DNA of 54,791 nucleotides from positions 1 through 54,791 of the IMG/VR virus record IMGVR_UViG_3300042446_001590; one strand, written 5' to 3'. Of this stretch, positions 38,839 to 48,790 are shown piece after piece (the first letter of the stretch is position 1; every line of letters begins with the position of its first letter). Position numbers and translations under genes: made by a program. The DNA is from a virus. Lineage: Duplodnaviria; Caudoviricetes. The notes under the pieces are model-generated. The model had not been told where the DNA came from. It made no database searches and was given only the letters and a program-made list of their open reading frames with translations.

Positions 38839-39564
38839 ATGAAAAAATTATACTTATCTGACGTTATAGAAAAATACTATTTAGGTGGTGTTGTTGAACG
38901 TGTAAAAATTAGTGTAACTGATAAAACATTACATTCTAAATTTATAGCAGTTAATAAAAATTTAATTGGGGAACTATCAGCTCCTAATATTGAATTAGAA
39001 GATTGTGAATTTGGAGTATATGATACATCACAACTACTAAAATTACTTAATATTACAGACCAGTTTATTACATTAAACGTAGAAAAACAAGGTAAAGTAT
39101 CTAATAAATTACTAATTGCAGACACAGAGTATAATTTAGAATATGCTTTAGCGGATACTATGTTAACTCCTATTATTCCTTCATTTGATGAACCAGAATA
39201 TGAAATGGTAGCTACTCTTGACAAAGAATTTATTGACAAATTTATTAAAGCTAAAAAAGCATTAAATACTGAAGTGTTTGTAGTTGAACCTAGCTACGAT
39301 GCTTTACACAATGATGTTATCTTGTTTACTTTAGGTGGTGTTGAAGGATATACTAATAAAATTAGTTTTCATATTGTAGCTTCTAAAACAAAAACATTAG
39401 GTACGCAAAGTAAATTCCCTATTAATGAATTTAATGAAATACTATTAGCTAATAAAGACATTACTTCCAGTACATTGTATATAAGTCAACAAGGTGTATT
39501 AAAGATTGAATTCGAGAATGAAGAAAAAGTAAAAGTATCTTACGTTCTTATCGGAAAGGAATAA
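38839..39564 (+). CDS. Sliding clamp (T4 gp45/PCNA-like)
   Basis: 241 aa after polB; 'FGVYD..QLL' resembles gp45 'xIYDLxxFL'; two-domain size. Confidence 0.7.
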   Translation: MKKLYLSDVIEKYYLGGVVERVKISVTDKTLHSKFIAVNKNLIGELSAPNIELEDCEFGVYDTSQLLKLLNITDQFITLNVEKQGKVSNKLLIADTEYNLEYALADTMLTPIIPSFDEPEYEMVATLDKEFIDKFIKAKKALNTEVFVVEPSYDALHNDVILFTLGGVEGYTNKISFHIVASKTKTLGTQSKFPINEFNEILLANKDITSSTLYISQQGVLKIEFENEEKVKVSYVLIGKE

Positions 39565-39603
39565 AAATTATATATTTATATACAACACAAATTAATTAAC
39601 GTT

Positions 39604-39894
39604 ATGAAAATAAAACCATTGCACAACCACGTTGTGATCAAACAACAAGACGAAACAGAAACCATGTACGGGAACATTATTGTCCCAGATGCTGGTAAAG
39701 AAAAACCATTAATGGGCGAAGTAGTAGCAGTAGGACCTGGTATTGTCAACATGAATGGAGCTTTAATCCCAAACACATTAGAAGTAGGCCAAAAAGTATC
39801 ATTTCCTTCATTTGGTGGACAAAAACTAAGTATAGGTGGAGAAGATTATCTTATCTACAAAGAACAAGATATATTTGCTATTTTAGAGGATTAA
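39604..39894 (+). CDS. groES: Co-chaperonin GroES
   Basis: 'IKPLHNHVVI', 'IIVPD..KEKP..GEVVAVGPG', 'E.DI.AI'. Confidence 0.95.
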   Translation: MKIKPLHNHVVIKQQDETETMYGNIIVPDAGKEKPLMGEVVAVGPGIVNMNGALIPNTLEVGQKVSFPSFGGQKLSIGGEDYLIYKEQDIFAILED

Positions 39895-39931
39895 TAATTA
39901 ACATAGTATACTAAATAATAAAACAAAATAA

Positions 39932-41554
39932 ATGAGTAAGATAATCGTTTTCGACAGAGAAGCAAAAGAAAAATTAAAAGCTGGTATTGATAAAGTCAAT
40001 AAAGCAGTTTCAACAACAATGGGGCCTTTTGGTCGTAATGTTTTAATTGAAAAAGAATACGGACAAGTTCAATCAACTAAAGATGGTGTTTCAGTAGCTA
40101 AAACTATTACATTAGAAGACCCGATTGAAAACATGGCCGCTACAGTAATTAAACAAGCCGCTACTAAAACAGTAGACGCTGCTGGTGATGGAACAACAAC
40201 ATCAACTGTATTAGCTCATTCAATTGCTATTCAAGCATTAGAAGCAACAGCATACGCCTCTACAAACGCAACACAAGTTAAACGTGGAATTGAGCAAGCT
40301 GTTAAAGAAGTAGTTGATGAATTAAAAACAATGTCAACTGACATTACTGATGAGAAACAAATTAAACAAATTGCTACATTATCAGCAAATGGTGATGAAG
40401 AAATTGGTAATTTAGTTGCTACAGCATTAGATAAAGTAGGTAGAGATGGAGTTGTAACTGTAGAAGAATCACGTTCAGGTGAAACATCACTTGAAGTAGT
40501 AGAAGGTTTACAATTCGACAGAGGATATAAATCACCATATTTTGTTACAGATAACAACACTATGTCTTCAGTATTAACTGAACCATTATTGTTATTAGTA
40601 GATGGTAGAATAAGTCAAGTAAAAGATTTATTACCTATCTTAGAATCTGTATCTCAACAACAAAAATCATTATTAGTTATTGCTGAAGATTTTGGGGATG
40701 AAGTATTATCTACATTAGTAGTAAATAAAATGAGAGGTATTTTAAAAGTAGCTGCTGTTAAAGCACCTGATTTTGGAGACCGTAGAACATTAATCTTAGA
40801 AGATATTGCTGCTTTAACTGGTGGTACTGTAGTTTCATCTACTAAAGGTATGAAGTTAGACAAATTCAATAAAGATTGGTTTGGACAAGCACGTACTGCA
40901 ACTGTAGGTAAAGACACAACTACTGTAGTTGATGGTAAAGGAGATACTGAAATTATTGAGGCTCGTATTTTAGAATTAAAAGCACAAATTGATAAGTCAT
41001 CATCTCCATACGAAATTGAAAAATTACAAGAACGTTTAGCCAAAATGGTAGGCGGCGTTGCAATCATTAACGTAGGTGGTGGTACAGAAATCGAAATGAA
41101 AGAGAAAAAAGATCGTTTAGACGATGCTTTACAAGCTACAAAAGCTGCTCTTGAAGAAGGTATTCTACCAGGTGCTGGTGTAGCATTATTACATGCTAGA
41201 AATGCTATTTCAAAACGTGAAAATACTGATTTTGGTACAGGTAAAAAGATTGTATTTGAAGCTTGTAGTAAACCATTTGAACAAATCTTAATTAACGCTG
41301 GTGAAAAACCAAGCCAATGGGAAATGAGCATCTATGTAGATTCAAACGTTAGATCAGCAGTTCCTAATATTGAAGCAAATCAATTAGTTGATGCATTCGA
41401 ATCTGGTATTATTGATCCAACTAAAGTAGTACGTTCAGCATTACAAAATGCAGCTGCAGCCGCAGTAACATTATTAATGACAGAATGTGTTATTCATGAA
41501 AAACCATCTGATAAAAAAGATGATTCAAATCCATTAGCTGGATTAGGAATGTAA
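39932..41554 (+). CDS. groEL: Chaperonin GroEL
   Basis: 'GP.GRNV', 'TKDGVSVA', 'AGDGTTT', 'FDRGY.SPYF', 'KAPDFGDRR', 'GIIDPTKV'. Confidence 0.97.
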   Translation: MSKIIVFDREAKEKLKAGIDKVNKAVSTTMGPFGRNVLIEKEYGQVQSTKDGVSVAKTITLEDPIENMAATVIKQAATKTVDAAGDGTTTSTVLAHSIAIQALEATAYASTNATQVKRGIEQAVKEVVDELKTMSTDITDEKQIKQIATLSANGDEEIGNLVATALDKVGRDGVVTVEESRSGETSLEVVEGLQFDRGYKSPYFVTDNNTMSSVLTEPLLLLVDGRISQVKDLLPILESVSQQQKSLLVIAEDFGDEVLSTLVVNKMRGILKVAAVKAPDFGDRRTLILEDIAALTGGTVVSSTKGMKLDKFNKDWFGQARTATVGKDTTTVVDGKGDTEIIEARILELKAQIDKSSSPYEIEKLQERLAKMVGGVAIINVGGGTEIEMKEKKDRLDDALQATKAALEEGILPGAGVALLHARNAISKRENTDFGTGKKIVFEACSKPFEQILINAGEKPSQWEMSIYVDSNVRSAVPNIEANQLVDAFESGIIDPTKVVRSALQNAAAAAVTLLMTECVIHEKPSDKKDDSNPLAGLGM

Positions 41555-41555
41555 G

Positions 41556-42170
41556 ATGATTGAAAATGTACATTACATTTGGATAGGGAATAACAATATA
41601 CCTAATAAGTATTTACTTAACTTTAAAAAGTGTGTTGATTTAAATAGACAGTTTTCATTCACTATATGGAAAAATGAAGATTGTTTACAATTAATAAGAG
41701 AATACGATTTAGAAGATATATTTACTTCCCTATCCTTTATATGTAGGTGTAATTTATTAAAATATCTTATACTCCATAAATTTGGAGGAATATACACTGA
41801 TTTTGATATTACATGGAAACAACCATTTGCTAAAATAATAAATGATTTTAATTTTCCTGCTGTAGATTTAATCTTAACATCTACAAATGAGAATACATTA
41901 ATGGATGATCCATTTATAGTAAGTAAACCCAACATATTAGGAAATTGTATTGCATATTGCAAAAGAAGAACCAAATTAAAATATGATGGTGAAATATACG
42001 AACGAACAAAACAATTAGTTACACATAAATTAGAACCATTTGGCCCTTTTGGATTAACAGAATGGTTAGAGTTTGATAAAGTTAACTATAGTCATTTCCC
42101 TCAGGCAATATTATTAGATAATAAAGGTTTTTTTGGAGTCCACGAACAAAGAAGCATTTGGAAGTTTTGA
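41556..42170 (+). CDS. DxD glycosyltransferase (GT32/OCH1-like)
   Basis: 'VHYIWIG', 'L.YLIL.KFGGIYTDFD'. Confidence 0.8.
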   Translation: MIENVHYIWIGNNNIPNKYLLNFKKCVDLNRQFSFTIWKNEDCLQLIREYDLEDIFTSLSFICRCNLLKYLILHKFGGIYTDFDITWKQPFAKIINDFNFPAVDLILTSTNENTLMDDPFIVSKPNILGNCIAYCKRRTKLKYDGEIYERTKQLVTHKLEPFGPFGLTEWLEFDKVNYSHFPQAILLDNKGFFGVHEQRSIWKF

Positions 42171-42196
42171 AAGGCAAAATAAAAGTTATATATTCA
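42166..42196 (+). promoter_or_regulatory. Bacteroidota-type promoter ending 4 nt before the clamp-loader ATG
   Basis: TTTG 42166-42169, 19 nt, TATATTCA 42189-42196. Confidence 0.65.
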
Positions 42197-42200
42197 CAAT

Positions 42201-43115
42201 ATGAGCAAAAAACACACTCTTTGGATTGAAAAATTTAGATCTGAGAATCTAGAACAATATATTGGTAACGAGGATATTAAAAATCGTATTGCTGAATGTA
42301 TTAAAACTAATGATATACCCCATTTTATATTTGCTGGTACAGCAGGCACAGGTAAAACTACATTAGCTAAATTAATAGTTAAAAATATTAAATGTGACTA
42401 TTTATATTTAAATGCCAGCGATGAAAATGGTATTGATATGATTAGAGAAAAAGTAAAGGGCTTCGCATCATCAGCATCATTTAATCCTATTAAAGTTGTT
42501 ATATTAGACGAGGCTGATTTCTTAACTCAACCAGCACAAGCAGCATTACGTAATATTATTGAAGAATATTCATTAAATACTCGTTTTGTATTAACTTGTA
42601 ATTATATTGAACGTTTAATTGAACCTTTACAATCACGTTGTGAAATTAATAAATTAACACCTCCCTCTAAAAGTGAAGTAGCTAAACACGTTTGCACTAA
42701 TATTTTAGAAGCTGAAGGTGTTAGTTATGATTTAAAAGATGTAGCTCAAGTAATTAAACAATATTATCCTGATATTCGTTCTGTTATTAAGAATTTACAA
42801 GCAGGAACTAGAGATAATAAATTCACATTAGCGGCAGTAGACATATTCTGGTGTACTAAGATTTTAGATGTACTTAAAGCACCAACTAAAAATAGTTGGA
42901 TAGATATGAGACAAATTATTGCTGATGCTCAAGTAGATGATTATCAACCATTAATTGAATATCTATTTGAACATATCAGTACTTATGGAGCAGGTAACGA
43001 AGCATCAATCACAGTAGAATTAGATGAAACTCAATGGCGTTCTCGTTCAGTACCAGATAAAGAAATTAACATTGCCTCATTATTAGGTAAAATATTAAAC
43101 ATAATTAAAAAATGA
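42201..43115 (+). CDS. Clamp loader AAA+ subunit (gp44/RFC-like)
   Basis: 'LWIEKFR', 'GTAGTGKTT', 'LNASDE', 'LDEAD', 'LQSRC'. Confidence 0.93.
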   Translation: MSKKHTLWIEKFRSENLEQYIGNEDIKNRIAECIKTNDIPHFIFAGTAGTGKTTLAKLIVKNIKCDYLYLNASDENGIDMIREKVKGFASSASFNPIKVVILDEADFLTQPAQAALRNIIEEYSLNTRFVLTCNYIERLIEPLQSRCEINKLTPPSKSEVAKHVCTNILEAEGVSYDLKDVAQVIKQYYPDIRSVIKNLQAGTRDNKFTLAAVDIFWCTKILDVLKAPTKNSWIDMRQIIADAQVDDYQPLIEYLFEHISTYGAGNEASITVELDETQWRSRSVPDKEINIASLLGKILNIIKK

Positions 43116-43693
43116 AAAAATTATTAATCTTATTATTACTAATCACTCCTGTAACTTTATTAGCACAGTTGAGAGATTCTGTTTATATTAAAACAAGTAT
43201 TTACGAAACAGTATATTCTGAAGTATTAGAGCAACCAAAATGGGTTAGATACACAGTATTGTGTCCTGATGGTAAAGCATCAAGAAAAGGAATGGATTTC
43301 TATACTGAAAGTTCAGTTATTACATCAAGTAATCCTGACTATGTAAATAATGAATGGGATAAGGGCCATATGGCCCCCGCAGCTGATTTTAATTGTACTA
43401 CAGAAATGTTAAAACAAACATTCTCATTTGTTAATTGTGCATTACAAAATGAATCATTAAATAGAGGTGCTTGGCGTTTATTAGAGGCATATGAACGAGA
43501 ATTAGCTAAAACTAATCAAGTATCAGTATATATTAAATTAGATTTTGGTAAAAATGTATTACCAACAGGCGCTAACGTACCAACAGGATTCTATAAAGAA
43601 ATAAAAACACCTAAAGATAAATTATGTTTCTATTTTAAAAACGAAAAACCAGCAAGTACAGATTTTAACAAATATAAATGTAATTGTAAATAA
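43112..43693 (+). CDS. DNA/RNA non-specific endonuclease (NucA-like) with N-terminal signal peptide
   Basis: 'MKKLLILLLLITPVTLLAQ'; 'DKGHMAPAAD', 'LNRGAWRLLE', 'VPTGFYK'. Confidence 0.88.
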   Translation: MKKLLILLLLITPVTLLAQLRDSVYIKTSIYETVYSEVLEQPKWVRYTVLCPDGKASRKGMDFYTESSVITSSNPDYVNNEWDKGHMAPAADFNCTTEMLKQTFSFVNCALQNESLNRGAWRLLEAYERELAKTNQVSVYIKLDFGKNVLPTGANVPTGFYKEIKTPKDKLCFYFKNEKPASTDFNKYKCNCK

Positions 43694-43697
43694 GAAT

Positions 43698-43925
43698 ATG
43701 GAACAACAATTAAATATAAGTTTAGACAAAACTACAGCTGTAGTTTGTGAAAAATGTGATAGTTCATCATTTGTAGAAGGAACATTACTTCGTAAAGCAT
43801 CTAGATTTCTAACAGGAACACAACAAGATGCATTGATACCAATTCCGGTATTTGTATGTAGTAAATGTGGGCACGTAAACGAAGAGTTTTTACCTATGCA
43901 ACTTAAAACTAAACAAGAAGACTAA
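43698..43925 (+). CDS. Zinc-ribbon protein
   Basis: CEKC...CSKCG. Confidence 0.65.
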   Translation: MEQQLNISLDKTTAVVCEKCDSSSFVEGTLLRKASRFLTGTQQDALIPIPVFVCSKCGHVNEEFLPMQLKTKQED

Positions 43926-44173
43926 TGTTTGATTTATTCGGAATAAAAAAATTAAAAATGACAAACCAAGAACTAGAACAGAGCAATGCTCAGTTAAATC
44001 AACGTTTATCTACGCTTAACGACGAAAATAAAAGTTTAATCGTTAGATTACGTATGGCTGAAGGCCAAATTAAGGCAATGTCTTCTAATATATCTTCATT
44101 AGAAGAACAATTAAAAAGAACCAATTCAGAAACACAAAAAGATAAATACTCAGACGAATCAAGATACTACTAA
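43925..44173 (+). CDS. Coiled-coil hypothetical protein
   Basis: Heptad repeats; overlapping start/stop codons. Confidence 0.55.
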   Translation: MFDLFGIKKLKMTNQELEQSNAQLNQRLSTLNDENKSLIVRLRMAEGQIKAMSSNISSLEEQLKRTNSETQKDKYSDESRYY

Positions 44174-44547
44174 TGAATATATTTGATCATTTAAAAAATA
44201 TTACCACTCAGAAGGGAGAATTTCTAGGTGAAGAAGGTTGGAATAACTGGATGATCAACAGATATTTAAGTATGAGTCAAGATTACTGTGAGGTAGTAAA
44301 TATAGTACAGAAGAATACTTGGCAAATTAAACCTGAACATCTATATAATCTATATAAAGATATTATACCTAAGCAATATGTTTTTTTAAAATATATAAAG
44401 GCTAAAAATAAAGTAGATTATAAAAAAGAAGAAATTGATGCTGTACAAAAGTATTTTGAAGTAAGTGGGCGTGAAGCAAAAGAATATATTAGAATGCTTC
44501 CTAAAGATGAATTAACAAACATAATGTCTCAAGTAAATGGAAAATAA
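44173..44547 (+). CDS. Clamp loader small subunit (T4 gp62-like)
   Basis: 'MNIFD.L..I', 'MINRYLS', 'YF.VS.REAKEY'. Confidence 0.7.
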   Translation: MNIFDHLKNITTQKGEFLGEEGWNNWMINRYLSMSQDYCEVVNIVQKNTWQIKPEHLYNLYKDIIPKQYVFLKYIKAKNKVDYKKEEIDAVQKYFEVSGREAKEYIRMLPKDELTNIMSQVNGK

Positions 44548-44806
44548 CGAATTAAAAGATCAAATTACACTAGCAGTTATTGATGATTTAGTTTCTCGTA
44601 GTCAACGAGGAATTAACAAGTATAACACTACATTAGATCAAAACAATAAGGATGATTATATGAATCATCTATATGAAGAATTACTTGATGCTGCTCAGTA
44701 TATTAAAAAAGAAATGTCTTTTGTACCTATGATTAAAGAACTAATTAAAAACACTCCAAACGATATGGAATTAGGAAAAATCATAAGACAAAAATTCAAT
44801 GGCTAA
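44537..44806 (+). CDS. Small all-alpha protein, possible MazG-like nucleotide pyrophosphohydrolase
   Basis: 'R..RG..KY.TTL...HLYEELLDA..Y' with EExxD acidic motif. Confidence 0.45.
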   Translation: MENNELKDQITLAVIDDLVSRSQRGINKYNTTLDQNNKDDYMNHLYEELLDAAQYIKKEMSFVPMIKELIKNTPNDMELGKIIRQKFNG

Positions 44807-45761
44807 AAAAATACAACCTAGTATGGATTTCAATGGAAATCCTATTAGAACATCAGCTAAGCTTATCTTAAATAAGTTTACACCAAAGGAAATAGATTAT
44901 TCTTACCAGAAAAATGTTTCCTTTTCTCAATTTCAGTTATATTCACAATGTCCTCATAGGTGGTACACACAATATGTTGAAAGAAAAATATCAACACCAC
45001 CTAACATTAATATGACGTTTGGAACAGCTATACATCATGCATTCCAACATTATTTAACTGTAGGATATAACCAATCGTTCGCTGCTGCTGATAAAGAAGA
45101 TATACTTGGTATATTTCAAACCAAATTTGTGGATGAATATCAAACACAATATACTAAAAATGGATCACATTTTTCAACAGCGGCCGAAATGCGAGAATTT
45201 TATGAGGATGGTGCTGCTATTTTAAATTGGTTTAAGAAAAGGCGTAGAGTATATTTTACCAACAAAAAACATAAATTAGTGGGTATTGAAATGCCCATCC
45301 AGAAAGAAATCAGCAAAAACGTATTATTTCAGGGATTTATCGATTTAATTATCTATGACGAGCTCATGGATAAAATAATAATATACGATATTAAAACATC
45401 AACTAAAGGTTGGAACGATTGGAATAAAAAAGACGAAACAAAAATATCGCAGGTACTGCTATATAAACAATTTTTCTCTGAGTTGTATGGCTTCCCCGTA
45501 GACAATATTGACGTTGAGTTTCTCATTTTAAAACGCAAGATAACGCCAAATGAATTTATTGAGTTTCCTAAACGCATACAAGAATTTAAACCCGCAAGTG
45601 GTAAAAACAAATTAAAAACAAGTCGCGATAATTTAAATGAATTTGTTAAGAATTGTTTTGATAATGACGGTAAATATATCATGAAGGAACATAACAAAAA
45701 CATAACTAAACTATGTGATTGGTGTCCATTAAACAATACTTCTCTTTGTGTTAAGGGCTAA
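44799..45761 (+). CDS. Cas4/RecB-like PD-(D/E)XK exonuclease
   Basis: 'SFSQ....SQCP', 'FGTAIH', 'GFIDLI', 'DIKTS', 'Q..LY', C-terminal 'CDWCP.....C'. Confidence 0.85.
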   Translation: MAKKIQPSMDFNGNPIRTSAKLILNKFTPKEIDYSYQKNVSFSQFQLYSQCPHRWYTQYVERKISTPPNINMTFGTAIHHAFQHYLTVGYNQSFAAADKEDILGIFQTKFVDEYQTQYTKNGSHFSTAAEMREFYEDGAAILNWFKKRRRVYFTNKKHKLVGIEMPIQKEISKNVLFQGFIDLIIYDELMDKIIIYDIKTSTKGWNDWNKKDETKISQVLLYKQFFSELYGFPVDNIDVEFLILKRKITPNEFIEFPKRIQEFKPASGKNKLKTSRDNLNEFVKNCFDNDGKYIMKEHNKNITKLCDWCPLNNTSLCVKG

Positions 45762-45818
45762 TGGCTTTGTAGATTTATATATATTTATATACAATAAGTA
45801 ATATATTAAAACAAAATT

Positions 45819-46022
45819 ATGGCAAAAAAAGACAACATGGTTCTAACCAGCGTTAAATTACCTGGTGAACTATTTGAAGAATTTAAAGTAGAATGCGTAA
45901 GAACAAAATTTAGTATTCAAAAATTAACAGAAAGATCAATGTATTTGTACATGACTCATTCCGAATTTAAAAAAGAAATTCATAATGTATTAGATACATA
46001 CTTTACAGGTAGCAACAATTAA
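45819..46022 (+). CDS. Ribbon-helix-helix-like small DNA-binding protein
   Basis: 'LTSVKLP.ELFEEFK..C......Q.L..RSM..Y' beta-alpha-alpha pattern. Confidence 0.6.
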   Translation: MAKKDNMVLTSVKLPGELFEEFKVECVRTKFSIQKLTERSMYLYMTHSEFKKEIHNVLDTYFTGSNN

Positions 46023-46034
46023 TTAAACAAATAA

Positions 46035-47492
46035 ATGAAAACAGGTTATATTAAAAAAGATCAACGTAAGAAGATCTTATTGTTATGTGATGATATCCGA
46101 ATGCATTCAGGTATCTCAACAATGGCACGTGAAATAGTATTAGGTACTGCTCACAAATACAATTGGGTCAATATTGGTGGAGCAATTAACCATCCAGATC
46201 AAGGTAAACGCTTTGATTTAACTGCTGATGTTAATAAAGAAGTAGGCATTGATGATTCTAGTGTTACGATATATCCTATGAGTGGATATGGAGATCAAGT
46301 TTCTGTTACCCAAATTATGGAAATAGAAAAACCAGACGCTATAATGATGTTTACTGACCCAAGATATTGGGTTTGGTTATTTAACATGGAACATGAAATC
46401 CGTACTAAAATACCAATGGTATATTTGAACATCTGGGATGACTTACCTTATCCAATGTATAATAAATCATTCTATGAATCATGCGATACATTATTAGCTA
46501 TCAGTAAACAAACTGAAAATATTAATAAGGTAGTATTAGGTGATTTAGCTAATGATAAGGTTATTAAATATGTTCCTCATGGAATTAATGAGAAATATTT
46601 TTTCCCTATTACCCAAGACAAACCAGAATATCTATCATTACAAGAACTAAAAAAACAAGTATATGGCGATAAAGAGTATGATTTTACTCTATTATATAAC
46701 GCTAGAAATATCCGTCGTAAATCAGTTCCTGATTTGATGTTAGCATGGAAAATGTTTGTCGATGAATTACCTGAAGATAAGGCTAGTAAAACAGCATTTG
46801 TTTTACATACCCAACCTATTGATGAAAATGGTACTGATTTGTTCGCTGTTAAAGATATGTTATTTGGAAATGAGAAAAAATATAACATTATATTCTCATC
46901 TGCTAAATTAGCAACACCTCAGTTAAACCTATTATATAATACAGCGGATGCTGTAGCATTAGTTAGTTCTAATGAAGGATGGGGATTATCATTAACTGAA
47001 GCTATGATGTGTGGTAAGCCTATTATCGCTACAGTAACAGGAGGAATGCAAGATCAAATGCGTTTTGAAGATGAAAATGGAGAATGGATTAAATTTACTG
47101 AAGAATTTGGTTCAAACCATAAAGGTAAATATAAAAAACATGGTAAATGGGCATATCCTGTATTCCCAAGCAATACTTCACTCATCGGATCAGTTCCAAC
47201 ACCATACATTTATGATGATAGAGCACAACCAGAAGATATCGCTAAAGCAATTAATGATGTTTACAACACAAAACTAGAATCCCCAGAAACATATGCTGAA
47301 CAAAGTAAAGCAGCTCATGAATGGGTAACTTCAGAAGAATCTATGATGTCTGCAAAACATATGGCTGATAATTTCATAGAAGGAATGGAAGAAACATTTG
47401 AAAAATGGATCCCAAGAAAACCATTTGAATTAATTAAAGTAAAACAATTACCACAACCAAAACATTACGTAAAACATTCAATCGCAAAATAG
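46035..47492 (+). CDS. GT-B (GT4-like) glycosyltransferase
   Basis: 'VPHGI', 'RNIRRK', 'EGWGLSLTEAM..GKPII'. Confidence 0.9.
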   Translation: MKTGYIKKDQRKKILLLCDDIRMHSGISTMAREIVLGTAHKYNWVNIGGAINHPDQGKRFDLTADVNKEVGIDDSSVTIYPMSGYGDQVSVTQIMEIEKPDAIMMFTDPRYWVWLFNMEHEIRTKIPMVYLNIWDDLPYPMYNKSFYESCDTLLAISKQTENINKVVLGDLANDKVIKYVPHGINEKYFFPITQDKPEYLSLQELKKQVYGDKEYDFTLLYNARNIRRKSVPDLMLAWKMFVDELPEDKASKTAFVLHTQPIDENGTDLFAVKDMLFGNEKKYNIIFSSAKLATPQLNLLYNTADAVALVSSNEGWGLSLTEAMMCGKPIIATVTGGMQDQMRFEDENGEWIKFTEEFGSNHKGKYKKHGKWAYPVFPSNTSLIGSVPTPYIYDDRAQPEDIAKAINDVYNTKLESPETYAEQSKAAHEWVTSEESMMSAKHMADNFIEGMEETFEKWIPRKPFELIKVKQLPQPKHYVKHSIAK

Positions 47493-47494
47493 TT

Positions 47495-48790
47495 ATGAAA
47501 CCATTATTCGTTATAAGTTGCCCAATAGATACATTTAGTGGGTATGGTGCTCGTAGTAGAGATATTGTAAAAGCACTAATCAAATCAGATAAATACAATG
47601 TAAAAATCCTTCCTCAAAGATGGGGTTCAACATCATTTGGCTTTTTAAAAGCAGATAATCCTGAACATAAACAAATCATGGATTGTATGTTATCATCTCC
47701 TCAATTACCTAAACAACCAGATGTTTGGATGCAAATTACAGTACCAAATGAATTCCAACCAGTAGGAAAATTTAATATTGGTGTTACAGCAGGTATTGAA
47801 ACTACTATTTGTGCTCCGCAATGGCTTGAAGGTATGAATAGAATGGATTTGAACTTAGTATCATCTAACCATGCTAAAAAAGTATTTCAGGAATCAGTAT
47901 TTGAAGCACGTTCACCACAAGGTCAAGTAGAAAAAATAATTAAATTGGAAAAACCAGTAGATGTATTATTTGAAGGTGTTGATGTTAATGTTTATAAATT
48001 AATTGAACCAAGTAAAAGTGAATTAAAAAGTACATTAGACGCTATTCCAGAACCATTTAATTTTCTATTTGTAGGGCATTGGCTGCCCGGTGAATTAGGT
48101 CAAGATAGAAAAGATGTAGGTATGTTAATTAAAACATTCCTAGAAACATTTAAAGACTTCAAAGCAACACCTGGATTGATTTTAAAAACACAAAGTGCTA
48201 CTTCATCTATCATGGATAAAAATGAAATCTTAGATAAAATTAGAGAAATACAAAAATCAGTAGGTGGTGTTGGTTTACCTAATATTTACTTATTACATGG
48301 TATTTTTGATGATGAAGAAATAAATCAATTATATAATCACCCTAAAGTAAAAGCTCACGTTTCATTTACTAAAGGTGAAGGATTTGGTCGTCCATTGTTA
48401 GAGGCATCAATTAGCCAAAAACCAGTAATTGCTTCTAATTGGAGTGGTCATATTGATTTCTTAAAAGCAGACATGTCAATACTAATCCCAGGACAAATAA
48501 CACAACTTCACCCATCAGCTGTAGTACAAGATATGTTACTTGCTGAATCAGGATGGTTTACAGTTGATTATAAAAAAGCATCTGATACTTTAAAAGATGT
48601 TTATAAGAATTATAAAAACTATGTTGACGGGGCAAAGAGACAGTCGTATCGTTCAAGAACAGAATTTACATTAGATAAAATGGGTGAATTATTAATTTCA
48701 CTAGTTGATCCTCATGTACCTAAACAAGTTGAATTGAAATTACCTCAATTATCAAAAATCGAATTACCAAAATTAAAAAAAGTTGAATAA
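47495..48790 (+). CDS. GT-B (GT4-like) glycosyltransferase
   Basis: 'SGYG', 'DRKDV', 'GEGFGRPLLEA..SQKPVIASNWSGHIDF'. Confidence 0.9.
   Translation: MKPLFVISCPIDTFSGYGARSRDIVKALIKSDKYNVKILPQRWGSTSFGFLKADNPEHKQIMDCMLSSPQLPKQPDVWMQITVPNEFQPVGKFNIGVTAGIETTICAPQWLEGMNRMDLNLVSSNHAKKVFQESVFEARSPQGQVEKIIKLEKPVDVLFEGVDVNVYKLIEPSKSELKSTLDAIPEPFNFLFVGHWLPGELGQDRKDVGMLIKTFLETFKDFKATPGLILKTQSATSSIMDKNEILDKIREIQKSVGGVGLPNIYLLHGIFDDEEINQLYNHPKVKAHVSFTKGEGFGRPLLEASISQKPVIASNWSGHIDFLKADMSILIPGQITQLHPSAVVQDMLLAESGWFTVDYKKASDTLKDVYKNYKNYVDGAKRQSYRSRTEFTLDKMGELLISLVDPHVPKQVELKLPQLSKIELPKLKKVE

Noticed and set aside
44799-45761. Cas4 as evidence of a CRISPR-Cas system
   Set aside because: Solo Cas4-like nucleases are common in phages; no array or other cas genes are visible
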